A stretch of 64,000 nucleotides of DNA from Macrostomum hystrix. Its lineage: Eukaryota > Animalia > Platyhelminthes. The notes beneath the pieces are model-generated. The model was not told the DNA's origin and searched no databases. It saw nothing but the letters and a program-made list of their open reading frames with translations. Numbering within the stretch: the stretch's first letter is position 1; every line of letters starts with the position of its first letter. The stretch is taken from contig CATNEN010000003.1 of NCBI GenBank assembly GCA_950097015.1, positions 10,974,001 through 11,038,000 of the forward strand. The letters are read 5' to 3'. Shown one piece after another: positions 1 through 12,454 of the stretch. The translations under genes were made by a program, and so were the position numbers.

Positions 1-207
1 TTAATTAGCAGTAAAAATACAAAAAAAACTATTACAACGATTGCAAATTGTTCATTTGAATCAGGTATCAGAATCATGTAATTATTGCAGCAGAAGCGGA
101 ACACAATATTCACATTTTCAGAAAAATACTGGACTTAATCAGGCTCGATAAAGTTCCAATCTAATATCAAGTGTCTCATCTCTCCCTAGTCCTATTTCTC
201 CCATGTT

Positions 208-1900
208 TAATCTCTCCCCTGTCCGATCAATCCGTCTCATTTCTCCCCTGTCCCATCAATCCGTCTCCTCTCTCCCCTGTCCCATCAATCCGTCTCATCT
301 CTCCCCTGTCCCATCAATCCGTCTCATCTCTCCCCTGTCCCATCAATCCGTCTCATCTCTCCCCTGTCCCATCAATCCGTCTCATCTCTCCCCTGTCCCA
401 TCAATCCGTCTCATCTCTCCCCTGTCCCATCAATCCGTCTCAACTCTCCCCTGTCCCATCAATCCGTCTCATCTCTCCCCTGTCCCATCAATCCGTCTCA
501 TCTCTCCCCTGTCCCATCAATCCGTCTCATCTCTCCCCTGTCCCATCAATCCGTCTCATCTCTCCCCTGTCCCATCAATCCGTCTCATCTCTCCCCTGTC
601 CCATCAATCCGTCTCATCTCTCCCCTGTCCCATCAATCCGTCTCATCTCTCCCCTGTCCCATCAATCCGTCTCATCTCTCCCCTGTCCCATCAATCCGTC
701 TCATCTCTCCCCTGTCCCATCAATCCGTCTCATCTCTCCCCTGTCCCATCAATCCGTCTCATCTCTCCCCTGTCCCATCAATCCGTCTCATCTCTCCCCT
801 GTCCCATCAATCCGTCTCATCTCTCCCCTGTCCCATCAATCCGTCTCATCTCTCCCCTGTCCCATCAATCCGTCTCATCTCTCCCCTGTCCCATCAATCC
901 GTCTCATCTCTCCCCTGTCCCATCAATCCGTCTCATCTCTCCCCTGTCCCATCAATCCGTCTCATCTCTCCCCTGTCCCATCAATCCGTCTCATCTCTCC
1001 CCTGTCCCATCAATCCGTCTCATCTCTCCCCTGTCCCATCAATCCGTCTCATCTCTCCCCTGTCCCATCAATCCGTCTCAACTCTCCCCTGTCCCATCAA
1101 TCTCAACTCTCCCCTGTCCCATCAATCCGTCTCATCTCTCCCCTGTCCGATCATCAATCTCAACTCTCCCCTGTCCCATCAATCCGTCTCATCTCTCCCC
1201 TGTCCGATCATCAATCTCAACTCTCCCCTGTCCCATCAATCCGTCTCATCTCTCCCCTGTCCGATCATCAATCTCAACTCTCCCCTGTCCCATCAATCCG
1301 TCTCATCTCTCCCCTGTCCGATCATCAATCTCAACTCTCCCCTGTCCCATCAATCCGTCTCATCTCTCCCCTGTCCGATCATCAATCTCATCTCTCCCCT
1401 GTCCCATCAATCCGTCTCAACTCTCCCCTGTCCCATCAATCCGTCTCATCTCTCCACTGTCCGATCATCAATCTCAACTCTCCCCTGTCCCATCAATCCG
1501 TCTCATCTCTCCACTGTCCGATCATCAATCTCAACTCTCCCCTGTCCCATCAATCTCAACTCTCCCCTGTCCCATCAATCTCAACTCTCCCCTGTCCGAT
1601 CATCAATCTCAACTCTCCCCTGTCCCATCAATCCGTCTCATCTCTCCACTGTCCGATCATCAATCTCAACTCTCCCCTGTCCCATCAATCTCAACTCTCC
1701 CCTGTCCCATCAATCTCAACTCTCCCCTGTCCGATCATCAATCTCAACTCTCCCCTGTCCCATCAATCCGTCTCATCTCTCCCCTGTCCGATCATCAATC
1801 TCAACTATCCCCTGTCCCATCAATCTCAACTCTCCCCTGTCCCATCAATCCGTCTCATCTCTCCACTGTCCGATCATCAATCTCAACTATCCCCTGTCTC
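208..1900 (+). repeat. 29-bp minisatellite (TCTCCCCTGTCCCATCAATCCGTCTCATC)n, with variant units distally; lies in an intron of the Mcr-like gene
   Basis: Direct tandem periodicity; explains ORFs 171..2153 and 203..1948. Confidence 0.97.
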
Positions 1901-2136
1901 ATCTCTTTACTGTCTGATCTATCCCAGTCTCATCTCTCTCCCGTTTGATCTGTCCCTCTCATCTTTCCCTATCCCATCTCTCCACCAGTCTCATCCCTTC
2001 GATGCCTCAACTCTCCCTTGTCTGATCTATCTTATCTCGATTATTTTCTCTGACAAACCTTCTGCGAGAACCGCGTCTAAAAGTACTCGTATTTCAAAAG
2101 GTAGAGAAAAAACAAACAGTCAAACAATTCACTCAC

Positions 2137-3356
2137 AATATTCTTTGACTTGAAAGGCTTTGCTGTACACATAGTACTGATGCAGTACCCTAATGTACCA
2201 GGTGCCTTCCGCTATCTGCGGCGCCAGTGCAAAATCGCGTTCTACAATACCGCCAGCATTGGTGATGGGACTGAGCCATCGCCTCACTGTAGTATTGGTT
2301 GCGTCAATGACTGAGATTTCCTTCAGCGTGCCAGAGAACGGCAACAGATTCGGTTTGACCGGTATGACCCGAAATCTAACAATCTGATTCTGATGATACA
2401 CATCCTTGGATGTTTGAATAAAGATGCTAATCTCTTTAGCTTCGTATTGCAGTTCGGTACGATTGTGAAACAGCAGGCCGCCAATAGGCATTACTGAGCC
2501 TTCCATAAATAGCGAATAGTTTCCCGGAGGCATATTTGGCGGCATTCTCATCTGCATAATACGAGTTGCAGGACGTTGGAATGTCTCTTCAACAAATGCG
2601 TGCTCATAGAAGCCGTCAGGATTGGGATTGATTCGCTGCTGAACGGACAGCCTGATGGTTAGGTTGCCATGGAGCAGGCGGAGACAGGTGGCTGACACCT
2701 GAAGTACCTCCGAGGGACGGACTTTGCGCGGTGCCAAAACAAAGTAAGTGCTGAAATCGTGTAGGGTGAGTGAATGATACAGTCAGGCCCCAATTGGACT
2801 TTTGCGTACGGCTGTTTAGTCCATGGACTGGTGGGACGCCAAACCCACCCCAGCTAATTCTGGTACCCATTTAACGGCTGAAGCAACGCAGAGTTAAGTG
2901 TCTAGTTATAAAAGGACAAAAATTGTTCCAGTGGAGTCAGGAATCGAACCCACGGCCTTTAAGTCGTGAGTCCGACGCTCTAACCTAGCTTTTCTAGTGC
3001 AATCAACTCTAGCTTTGCAAGTATAGACTAAGCTTGTAGCTTGTGAAACAGGTTCTAGATGAAGCATCTAGATACAAATTTGAATTCGTTTGGCAGCCTC
3101 CCCAGTCCATTGACAATGGCTGCCACTGAGCCACTGACAATGCATCTGGGCAGAACTGGCTTGAGTACAATTTCCATCTTCTAGCTATATATTTATCTGT
3201 GACATAAGAAAAAAGAGGCAATATTAAAAGTACTTACGGTTGAGGGCCAAGCTCAAATGCATTAGTAGGCAAAGCTGATTGTGCCTCAGTAAAGTGACTG
3301 TTGCATAGCCACAATACACAGAGCAATAGTAGTTTTTGTAAGACTTTTTCCCACAT
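2137..3356 (-). CDS. Mcr: Thioester-protein/alpha-2-macroglobulin family, Mcr (TEP6)/CD109-like; 5' exons 3356-3238 and 2750-2137; gene continues left of the window
   Basis: Exon 1 encodes a signal peptide (MWEKVLQKLLLLCVLWLCNSHFTEA) and ends CC|gtaagt (phase 2). The tttcag| acceptor at 2751 is phase-compatible, giving PTYFVLAPRKVRP. MG1/MG2 motifs IFIQTSKDVYHQNQIVRFRV, RRWLS, GTWYIRV and FQVKEY follow, then a |gtgagt donor at 2136. An extra exon near 3.0-3.2 kb cannot be excluded; the subfamily call is from recalled motifs. Confidence 0.8.
2790..2990 (-). mobile_element. tRNA-derived SINE, family 1
   Basis: Minus strand has A-box-like GGTTAGAGCG and B-box GGTTCGATTCC, then CTGGAACAATTTTTGTCCTTTT shared with the 12.4-13.4 kb copy; body contains TAAATGGGTACC. 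Confidence 0.75.
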
Positions 3357-5343
3357 GCTTCTTACTGCTAGTGAAAGCTGAAATGAAAGTTTTAACTTAG
3401 TTAAAAATAAAAAATATAAACAGACAATGCCATAAAAATTATTAATAAGTAAAAATACCTATCAATCGCAATACTAACACTTTTGAGGGTAAAGAGTAAC
3501 CTCAAGTAATTAAACCAATAAAGAGGCAAAGGAGCATGCTAAATTATTTTATTAAAAAGTATTACCAGCATAATTTTAGCAATAAAACTATTATTGCCAA
3601 AGATGGCCCATAGTGACTGACTAGAAAACTCAACTAATTAGTTTTGCGTATCGCTACAATATCACAAAATGTTTTGCCTTTTTAGAGTCAGGAAATAACT
3701 TCATATGAATATCCAATACAATTACAATTTACGTAAAGAAAATGATACATTTACTGTAATATTATTAGGTAGAACTTTTACATCAAAACTCATTAGTAAC
3801 TTTATGATACTCATATTTAAATGAAGATCATAAAATTATACCTACTTCATAAAACATGATCATGGACATGCAGTTTGAGGATTACTTTGTGGAAAATAGG
3901 ATGCAGGAAGTTTCAAGTCGAACATGCGCAAAAACTCTGGGTCTTATAATTTTTTTAATAAAAAAGATACACCGAAACAAAAACTAGTTTTCTTTTGAAG
4001 CAAAAAAGTTAATCTTTAGGGTCACGGAAGCAGCATATACAATAAAGACTACAAAGCTTGTTATACTACACTGCACTAAATTTTATGACAACAATTTAAA
4101 ATTTTCGCTGAGCTTCGAAAATTAATCGAATGAATGGATGCAACGTTACTCACTGGTGTCTTGATTCATGCATTACATCGATTGCACATCGTAAGATACG
4201 ATTTATTTTTTTACGATTTATTTAGCAAGAAACATTTTACTTGTACTTAAAAGCGTAAAGCAAGACTTTGTGTCAATGTGTTAATCAATTTGTCCAAGCT
4301 TGTATGGATTCATTTCTTCCATTAATGTGCATGTGCATTGAACTCAATCGAGTCATTTACTAATAAATGGTTTCCATGTGTTTTTTTCATGGTTATAAAC
4401 TACCAGGTTACTTTATTGTTGTATTTACAAATATAACATAGCAAATAAGCAAGTGGAATCAGACTCTTAAGTTTCAACAGATCTAGTCTTATACAACAAT
4501 ATTTTTATTTTATCTTTTTTACTTTACTTAGATTTTTTATTATTATCAATGTGCATTCATTTGTTATTGTAAGTACAAATAAAAAATCCCTTCAAATTTA
4601 TAATTGTCAGAAGTTAGTTAATAGTCCACACTTGGCTATTTCCTTTTTTGCCAATCAGTATCTATAGAAACATTGTGTATTTTAGTATTCTGTACTTTAA
4701 ATAGCCAATGCCTCATGTTACCTGACCAGTAAATCTAAGAAAAAAATTAAATATTAGTTTAAGTATATTAATTTTGGTTAATGTGTTTGTATATACATTA
4801 TATTCATTAAAAACATATATATTATATTGTACATTAATTTATTTTACTACTAAATGGATACTGAGGCAGCCATCATCAAACCCTTACTAGTGGAAAATTA
4901 GTAACGGCTTATAAATTATAAATTTTATATGTAAATGGAGCATGTTGCTTTTGATTATATTTGCTTATGATTTTAATTTAATTCAAGTAAATATACACTT
5001 TTACAGATTTTTAATGATTTGTTTTAATCTAATTTTTTATTAATATTTGGTTTTCAATTATATAATGTTCTCCAAAATATTTCGCTAACCTAGTTTGTCA
5101 ATAAAAAGTAATTATATTCTGAAGACATAAAGGATTGTCTTGATAGCAAGTTAATTTCTTGGTCACATAGGTTTAATTAAGCTGTCTGGATAATATTAAA
5201 TTGATTGTAAGTTAAATTAATGTTTGTATATGTTAAAATTTGTTGCCTATTATTATAAGTATATAATGTTACAATATCATTTCTTTAAAAAAAGCCATTT
5301 TAAATTCCATTTTCAGTATCTAAAAGAAGCAAATCAAGCAAAC

Positions 5344-5763
5344 ATGAAGCGTCAAATTGCCCAGAACAATGAGTCCAACTCATTAAAGAGCAGTGCCAGC
5401 AGCAGCAGCAGCAGTGAGGATTCTTCATCACAGGACTCACCTATTCCACCCAAGAGAGCCAGAGTTGATCAGCATGAGGCTTCAACTAGCTCGCATTCAT
5501 CTCCATCTAGCGACGAGGATTGTTTGGCTGATGCCGCGACCGAATCAGCTCTGAAGTACAAGATGTACCACGCTATGATAACGGAGATTGGCTCTGAGCT
5601 AGTCATGGTTGAGTCCATGCTTGATGTAATGGCTATTAGCATGCGCTCCTGGATTAGTGTCAGCCCTGAGAAAGCTGACACGGTATCTACCATATTGAAG
5701 CAGATGCTAGACTCCGTGAATGATTACCTTGTCGTATTTTCACCCAACGGTAGAGAGCAGTAA
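5344..5763 (+). CDS. Hypothetical 139-aa protein: Ser-rich disordered N-terminus with NLS-like PPKRAR, helical C-terminus
   Basis: GC-elevated ORF within very AT-rich flanks; ttttcag acceptor at 5316, 27 nt before the ATG; no recognisable domain. Confidence 0.55.
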   Translation: MKRQIAQNNESNSLKSSASSSSSSEDSSSQDSPIPPKRARVDQHEASTSSHSSPSSDEDCLADAATESALKYKMYHAMITEIGSELVMVESMLDVMAISMRSWISVSPEKADTVSTILKQMLDSVNDYLVVFSPNGREQ

Positions 5764-6244
5764 GTACTGGGTTGAAAATAGTTTTTGCTAAATCCAATCT
5801 GATAAACATTCGATTGGTATGTTTGTTTTGTCGGGATCTGTTTTGTTGTTTTTCTCGCCCTAGAAAGAGGTTTTTTGTCTTCTTTGTAGCCTTTTTCATA
5901 CTCAAGCGTTTACTATCAGTAGACAGATAAAGAACTTTATGATTTATGAAGATGCTAAGAAAATTTTTGTTACTAAACTGTTTACGAAAGTTTAAGCATT
6001 TAAGGAGAACTTTATAAATGCAGCAATTGTTTTGTTCACTGTTTTTTATCTTCTTTACAACGTACTGTTCAAACAATAAATTTAGAAAACTAAAATGTCA
6101 AATTACATATATGTTTGGCTTTTCTGGAGTAAAAAAATTGCAGAAAAATCAACCGATTTTGTCAAGTTTTAATAATTTGAGCAAACTAAAGCTTTCTATG
6201 GCTAATTCATTTTAAATTGATACAATATTCTATCGAGCTTCAGA

Positions 6245-7140
6245 GTGATCCTACTGTACTTCAGTGTGTCATCCTACTGTACTTCAGGGTGTCATCCTAC
6301 TGTACTTCAGGGTGTCATCCTACTGTACTTCAGGGTGTCATCCTACTGTACTTCAGGGTGTCATCCTACTGTACTTCAGGGTGTCATCCTACTGTACTTC
6401 AGTGTGTCATCCTACTGTACTTCAGGGTGTCATCCTACTGTACTTCAGGGTGTCATCCTACTGTACTTCAGGGTGTCATCCTACTGTACTTCAGGGTGTC
6501 ATCCTACTGTACTTCAGGGTGTCATCCTACTGTACGTCAGGGTGTCGTCCTACTGTACTTCAGGGTGTCTTCCTACTGTACTTCAGGGTGTCATCCTACT
6601 GTACTTCAGGGTGTCATCCTACTGTACTTCAGGGTGTCATCCTACTGTACGTCAGGGTGTCGTCCTACTGTACTTCAGGGTGTCATCCTACTGTACTTCA
6701 GGGTGCCATCCTACTGTACTTCAGGGTGCCATCCTACTGTACGTCAGGGTGTCGTCCTACTGTACTTCATGGTGTCATCCTACTGTACTTCAGGGTGTCA
6801 TCCTACTGTACTTCAGGATGTCATCCTACTGTACTTCAGGGTGTCATCCTACTGTACTTCATGGTGTCATCCTACTGTACTTCAGGGTGTCATCCTACTG
6901 TACTTCCGGGTGTCATCCTACTGTACTTCCGGGTGTCATCCTACTGTACTTCAGGGTGTCGTCCTACTGTACTTCCGGGTGTCGTCCTACTGTACTTCCG
7001 GCTGTCATCCTACTGTACTTCCGGGTGTCATCCTACTGTACTTCCGGGTGTCGTCCTACTGTACTTCAGGGTGTCATCCTACTGTACGTCAGGGTGTCGT
7101 CCTACTGTACTTGAGGGTATCGTCGTACCCGTAATGTACT
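6245..7140 (+). repeat. 23-bp minisatellite (GTCATCCTACTGTACTTCAGGGT)n
   Basis: Tandem periodicity; open in all three + frames. Confidence 0.97.
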
Positions 7141-7549
7141 TCAGGGGATCCAAATGTACTTTAGAGTGACCTCTAAATGTAGTTCAGGGTGTCGTCGCAC
7201 TGTACTTTAGGTTTGCATCCTACTTTACTTCCCGCTGATTTTCTATACCTTACAGTTATCTAAAATTAAGATTACACAACGTGTTATTGTTATTTTTATC
7301 TTTCAGAGGTTCCCTGCAATATCACGTGTTCGTTATTGTGAACAGATTTTTCACAACTGCTGCCGAATCTAAAGTACATTTACGACATTTTATGAGGCTT
7401 GTGTTTCTAAAAAAGCAAATTATGAATCAGCTCGTATGAAAGAGGCTCCGAAAGTCCATTAGTATAGTTGCTTTATGGTTTTGTGACTAATTTATGATTC
7501 TAATCATAATAAAATTATCCCAATAAATGCAAAAGGCGTGCACCTTTGC

Positions 7550-7657
7550 TGTTCAGCTATGTAAAAGGTAAATTCGTCTCATAAAGCAATTAATTAAATC
7601 AAGTGTTCAGCTATGTAAAAGGTAAATTCGTCTCATAAAGCAATTAATTAAATCAAG
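7550..7657. repeat. Exact 54-bp tandem duplication
   Basis: TGTTCAGCTATG...AAATCAAG begins at both 7550 and 7604. Confidence 0.9.
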
Positions 7658-8689
7658 TGAACTTTTTCTAGCTTGATCAAGTCTATTGTATCTTTGCTCT
7701 CTGATGCTAATGCTTAGTATAGGATTTTGTGTATTTTAGGTACCATAACAACCAATACCTCTTGGTTACTAATTGTGAAATGTAAGGTAGCGTGGTGTGC
7801 TACCCGAATTGAGCAACTATAACTGTAGGCAAGACTTGGTAACTTGCATTCTTAAGAGGTCCATCGACTTTGATTAGATTTTCATTAAAGGGAAGACTGT
7901 ATTGCACTTGTAAAGCATCAGGTTCTGTTAATTAGAAAATGTCCAGCATTCGACTTAGCCATGGCATGAATGCGAGCAGCAACTGTTTCACTTCATTTTT
8001 CCTCTCTCCCTCTTATATAGAAGCCTCCTTTTTGGAAGACCGAATCGATAAATTATTCATTTCAAGGACTGACTCCTAAGTCAACAAAATTCACTCCACT
8101 GCTAAACTCTCGTGTGCGTGAGAATTTTCCTCAGAAAAGGAGTAAACATACATTGCTTCATGAAGTTCTGTACAAATGTAGATTTCAGCGTATATAGACG
8201 GGGCTCGTAGTAAGGCTTAAAAAAGTCCACATGAAAAATCTAATACTATTTATACATAGTCACGCATAGAATGCGCATGTAGTAATATTTTTACTTGTCA
8301 GCATCTTATGTAAGCCGTCAGCTTATTGACGGCTTACGAGTACGATCTGCTAAGTCTTTGATTAGGCAATAGTCACGTAGTTTTCGTGATTTAGTTTTTT
8401 ATAATTCCAAAGGCAAATCATTCAATGCAGCTAAACATAGCAGCAGGCATGACGTCGTGAGCTCAGATTGCTAAAAATTGCTCATGACGTCAGAGATCTT
8501 CGTAAAAAGTAAAAATAGCTCATGACGTCAGGGACTGCTAAAACATAGATCCAGATGCAGAAAAACTGATGTAAACAAAAAACAAACGACAATGTACGCT
8601 ACTATTGCGGCGTCAGAAGGCGTGCCTCTGATGGAAGCCACCGGCAGTGTCTAGGGCGCGGGCATCGGCTTGTAGGCTGTTAACGAAAC

Positions 8690-9575
8690 GCCGGGTGCGA
8701 CCCTGCCCTAGCCGGTAGGGTGCCTGTAGCATAAGCAGCAGCACCTCCTGTACAGTCCTCTGGCAGTACGCTTGGGCTCGAAGTCACCGGCGGCGCAGCA
8801 ACTCGCTCGCACGAGCAAGGCCGGTGCAGCGATAGACTGCCCCATCAGTGATTTGGTCGTAGCCGACTTTAAGGGCGGCGTGCGCCGTGTCGACGAGACG
8901 TTTCAGCAAATCAGTCTGAGTCCAGCAGGTCTCGGCGTTGTAGAGCAGGACGGTTTCGGCGACCGCCTGGAACAACGCCGCCCGCTGATGGTCAAGAAGG
9001 GTCTCAGACTGCAGGATAGCCAGCCCTCACGGAGCGGAAGGCTGCCGAGGCAAGCCCCCGGCGACGTCGAAAATCTCTGAGGACGTCGGGTATGATACTG
9101 CCGAGATAAACAAACTGCTGACAGCGCGGAAGCATCGTTACCTACCAGTCAGCACCTTGGCAGAATATCACAGCTTCGATGTCGCCTGGCACACAGAGCC
9201 CGACGGGCTTCTGTGTGTTGACCACCAAGCCGACACTCGCTTCAACGCTAACTAACCTGTCCTGCAGGGCGAGGTCGTCGGCGTAGCCCAGAACGCTAAG
9301 TCGCCTCTCCGGTTGGCGTCGACGTCAGTCGGCAGAGCAGTCCGTAGCACCCTGTCGAGCATCAGAATGAACAAGAACGGCACCAGCGTATTCCCCTGAA
9401 TCACTTCTGACGATCTGTCAAATGCGTCCGCTAGGCCGTCCGGTGACATTAAAGCAGCTTTAGTCTGATGGCACATTGTCATCACGACGGAAACCAGCTG
9501 CTCTAGCATGTTGTACGATCGGAGCACCACGGGAGAGCGCGGCCCTCATGACCGTGTCGGAAGCCTTCCCGAAGT
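8690..9575 (-). mobile_element. Decayed, 5'-truncated non-LTR retrotransposon reverse transcriptase (RTE-like)
   Basis: QGNTLVPFLFILMLDRVLR, LGYADDLAL (shifted frame near 9270-9300) and FQAVAETVLLYNAETCW; frameshifted; GC-rich. Confidence 0.88.
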
Positions 9576-10010
9576 AAAAAATTGACCGGATTAGCTCAAG
9601 CTGGTTAGGAAACTTAATCCGTAGATGACTAATTAATTTAGAGCAAATTCAGGATTGATTATTAAACTAGCCCTTTCCGATCCACAGTGATAAAAATCAT
9701 ATAGATCGAGACGACAAATCATTAGACATCGATTGCAAAGCATTATTTGTAGACAAAAACATTGATTAATTAGTTATAGACTAGTATACTAAATGGTCTT
9801 AGCTATAGCTAAAACTAGAGAACCACGCACGGGGATGCTGATGATGCCATGGTCAGTTCAACTTGGTCAGACAGCCAATCAGAAACTTAGTGCGTATGGA
9901 CGGCAGCAGTTGGTCTTTCTACTAGACATTTAGAGATGCAAAGCAAAGCTCCAATAATTTCCAACAACAACCGTTACACTTCGCTAGTCAGGCAAGCTAC
10001 ACATGAAACA

Positions 10011-11183
10011 ATGAAGATTGTACAGTTGTTTCTGCTCGTGTCCTTGCGTCTGGAGCTCATTAGCTCTCTAGATCCAGCTACTAACGTTAACGTACCGAGC
10101 TGCAAAGCTCTGGCTCAAAGCCTTGGTCCCCAATCCTTTTCCCAGTGCCAGTCCATGCTTCCTCCAAGCCTGTTTGGCTACAACACCAGCGTTGAGGTCA
10201 ACATCGAGGTGAAGACCATCTACGGCCTGGGAGACGCCGAACTACTGGAATGGTCTGGCTGGATCCTGATGTCATGGATGGACCCCAGGTTGGCCTGGAA
10301 CGCTACCGAGACTGGCACTCGCCAGATGCGCTTGGATCGCAACAGCCTGTGGATACCGGACATCGGCTATTGGAACGCAAAGTCTGCCGAGTTTTTCGAC
10401 TTTCGCAACGCCAAATTTCTGGAAGCTATCGCTTCACCAGACGGCTCAGTGTACACCTACATCTACACGCTGGTTCAGTTTCCCTGTTCGCTAGACATGC
10501 GCCTATTTCCGTTCGATAGGCAGACCTGCGCACTGGAGATCGGAGCAATCAACTCTGATTCGAGCGTGTTCACTTTCAAACTAAACAGCCAGATGAGTCC
10601 TGGTGGCAGCACTACTAGCGCCTTCTTCGGCGTTGGTGAATGGGATCTGACAAAGCTAACCCAGACTGTCAAATTCGAGATCGGAGCGGCTGGCTTCGCG
10701 TTTCAGTTCGTCAACTTGCGCTTTCATCTGCAGCGCCGGGTGACATACTATGCCATCCTGATGATTGTGCCCTACGAGCTCCTATCGCTGCTGGCTAGCA
10801 TCATGTTCTTTGCCGAACAGCAGGGCGATCGAGCCAACGTTTCCATCGCCATCATCATGTCCATGACGCTCTACGTGCTCATAGCTTCCCAATCGGCTCC
10901 GAAGTCAATGAATGTCATTCCATTGGTTGGAGCGTTTCTAATCACTCAAATGCTAATCCTAATCTGCTTCACCTTCGTGGCCGTGTTTCGCTTGCCGAAG
11001 GACGCCGACCCGGCCCTGAGGGCGCCTGGCGAGGGCAAGAATCACTCCAAAGCGGTCCGTTGCCTGACTGGCTTTCTGTCGCTGCTTATTCGGCACAAAG
11101 ATCGCATCTGTTTCATTAGTTACCTGGGCAGCAGTGCGTTCAATGCTCTCTGCTTTCTCTGCATTTGGCCCGCAGCCGCTTGA
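10011..11183 (+). CDS. Intronless Cys-loop ligand-gated ion channel subunit, divergent nAChR-like (upstream in-frame ATG at 9936)
   Basis: Signal peptide MKIVQLFLL..., WMDPRLAWN, LWIPDI, Cys-loop CSLDMRLFPFDRQTC, GEWDL, four TM helices. Confidence 0.93.
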   Translation: MKIVQLFLLVSLRLELISSLDPATNVNVPSCKALAQSLGPQSFSQCQSMLPPSLFGYNTSVEVNIEVKTIYGLGDAELLEWSGWILMSWMDPRLAWNATETGTRQMRLDRNSLWIPDIGYWNAKSAEFFDFRNAKFLEAIASPDGSVYTYIYTLVQFPCSLDMRLFPFDRQTCALEIGAINSDSSVFTFKLNSQMSPGGSTTSAFFGVGEWDLTKLTQTVKFEIGAAGFAFQFVNLRFHLQRRVTYYAILMIVPYELLSLLASIMFFAEQQGDRANVSIAIIMSMTLYVLIASQSAPKSMNVIPLVGAFLITQMLILICFTFVAVFRLPKDADPALRAPGEGKNHSKAVRCLTGFLSLLIRHKDRICFISYLGSSAFNALCFLCIWPAAA

Positions 11184-11280
11184 AACTCTAAATTAGGACT
11201 TTTCTTGACAATCTTGCATGGACAAAAAAATATTTTTATAAAGTCTGCTAATATAGCTTTCTAGGTAACGTTCACTATTG

Positions 11281-11345
11281 GGGGTTTGAGTAACGCGTTC
11301 GACTTTCACACCATAGTTCCCTGAGCTCGATCCGTGGCGAGGCTA
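11281..11345 (+). mobile_element. tRNA-like head fragment of SINE family 2
   Basis: TCCCTGAGCTCGATCCGTGGCGAGGC matches the heads at 42300, 44045 (-) and 51590 (-). Confidence 0.5.
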
Positions 11346-11670
11346 AATTCATTTAGGGCACTGCTAGCGTGCCTTTGTACATTTCCGTGTGTACCTGGGG
11401 CATATATGTACTAATCTAAAGAATGAAAATTTTTACCTGTCGATGTTTTCTAAATTGACGACAATAAGATTAATGCGACGATTTTGACACAGTTAACACA
11501 CATCGAGCAGACAACGACACGTAGGAGTTTTTGTCTTCTTCATTTAAAATTAAGATAAAAATTTAAGATTATAACCTGGAAGTCATGGGACTTTTAAACT
11601 TAAATATAAGATCGTTTTTTCGAATACGGTCACTTCCCCAGCAACATATGATCATCGAACTTTATCCGAT

Positions 11671-11720
11671 CAAGGACCACTAGCATTATATCTAGCTAGA
11701 TATAATGCTAGTGGTCCTTG
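11671..11720. mobile_element. 50-bp perfect palindromic insertion (minimal MITE) with 8-bp TSD TATCCGAT
   Basis: CAAGGACCACTAGCATTATATCTAG|CTAGATATAATGCTAGTGGTCCTTG; TATCCGAT at 11663-11670 and 11721-11728. Confidence 0.85.
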
Positions 11721-11761
11721 TATCCGATATTACGAGTATATTCTAACCGAATGCTGAAACA

Positions 11762-12046
11762 GGCAGTCTCATCTCATCCCTGTCTCATCTCTCCCCTGTC
11801 TCATCTCATCCCTGTCCCATCTGTCCTCTTTCTCATCTCTCACTTGTCTCATCTCATCCATGCCTCATCTCTTCCCTGTCTCATCTCTCCCCTGTCTCAT
11901 CTCATCCCTGTCCCATCTGTCCTCTTTCTCATCTCTCACCTGTCTCATCTCATCCATGCCTCATCTCTCCACTGTCTCATCTCTCCACTGTCAATTCAGT
12001 CTGTTGTCATATCTTTTAGAATTGCTCTCTGGCCCGCTAGGCATAA
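11762..12046 (-). mobile_element. Degenerate copy of the hAT MITE with a short internal CTGTCTCATCTCTC-type repeat
   Basis: 11990-12045 aligns to the reverse complement of the left subterminal region of the 12496 element; termini are eroded. Confidence 0.65.
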
Positions 12047-12454
12047 AACGAAACCTAACCATGTGTTGACTCAGCTTGACAATATGACTTCTTCATTAAG
12101 CAGCCACGACTAGATTCGCTTCCGCTAAGTATTGGTTTAGAATATTGATTAAGATTCAATTCTATTGTATTTTGGAATTTCATCATTGATGGACTTGGGG
12201 ATCAATAATTAGCTTCTAATAGAGACAATAGATATTGTAACTTGGCGGTAAGTTTATTGTTCTATTGACTATAGGCTATAACAATAATAGGCTAAGGCGG
12301 ACTTATTCAACTCAACTTCCTAGAGAAACAATGAGTAGATTTGGAGTAGATGAACTTTCTAAAGCATTGCTAGGGTAATTGCATGCAGATCCGGCTTTTT
12401 AAATTGACTACTCAACTAAAGTAGTATTAGACGCAAAGTTAAATTAACTTTAAA

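Noticed and set aside
171-2153. 660-aa and 581-aa ORFs, and similar long ORFs at 6.2, 18, 20, 23-27, 32-39, 45-48 and 55-57 kb
   Set aside because: Stop-free translations of minisatellites, often open in several frames or strands; some lie in introns of real genes.
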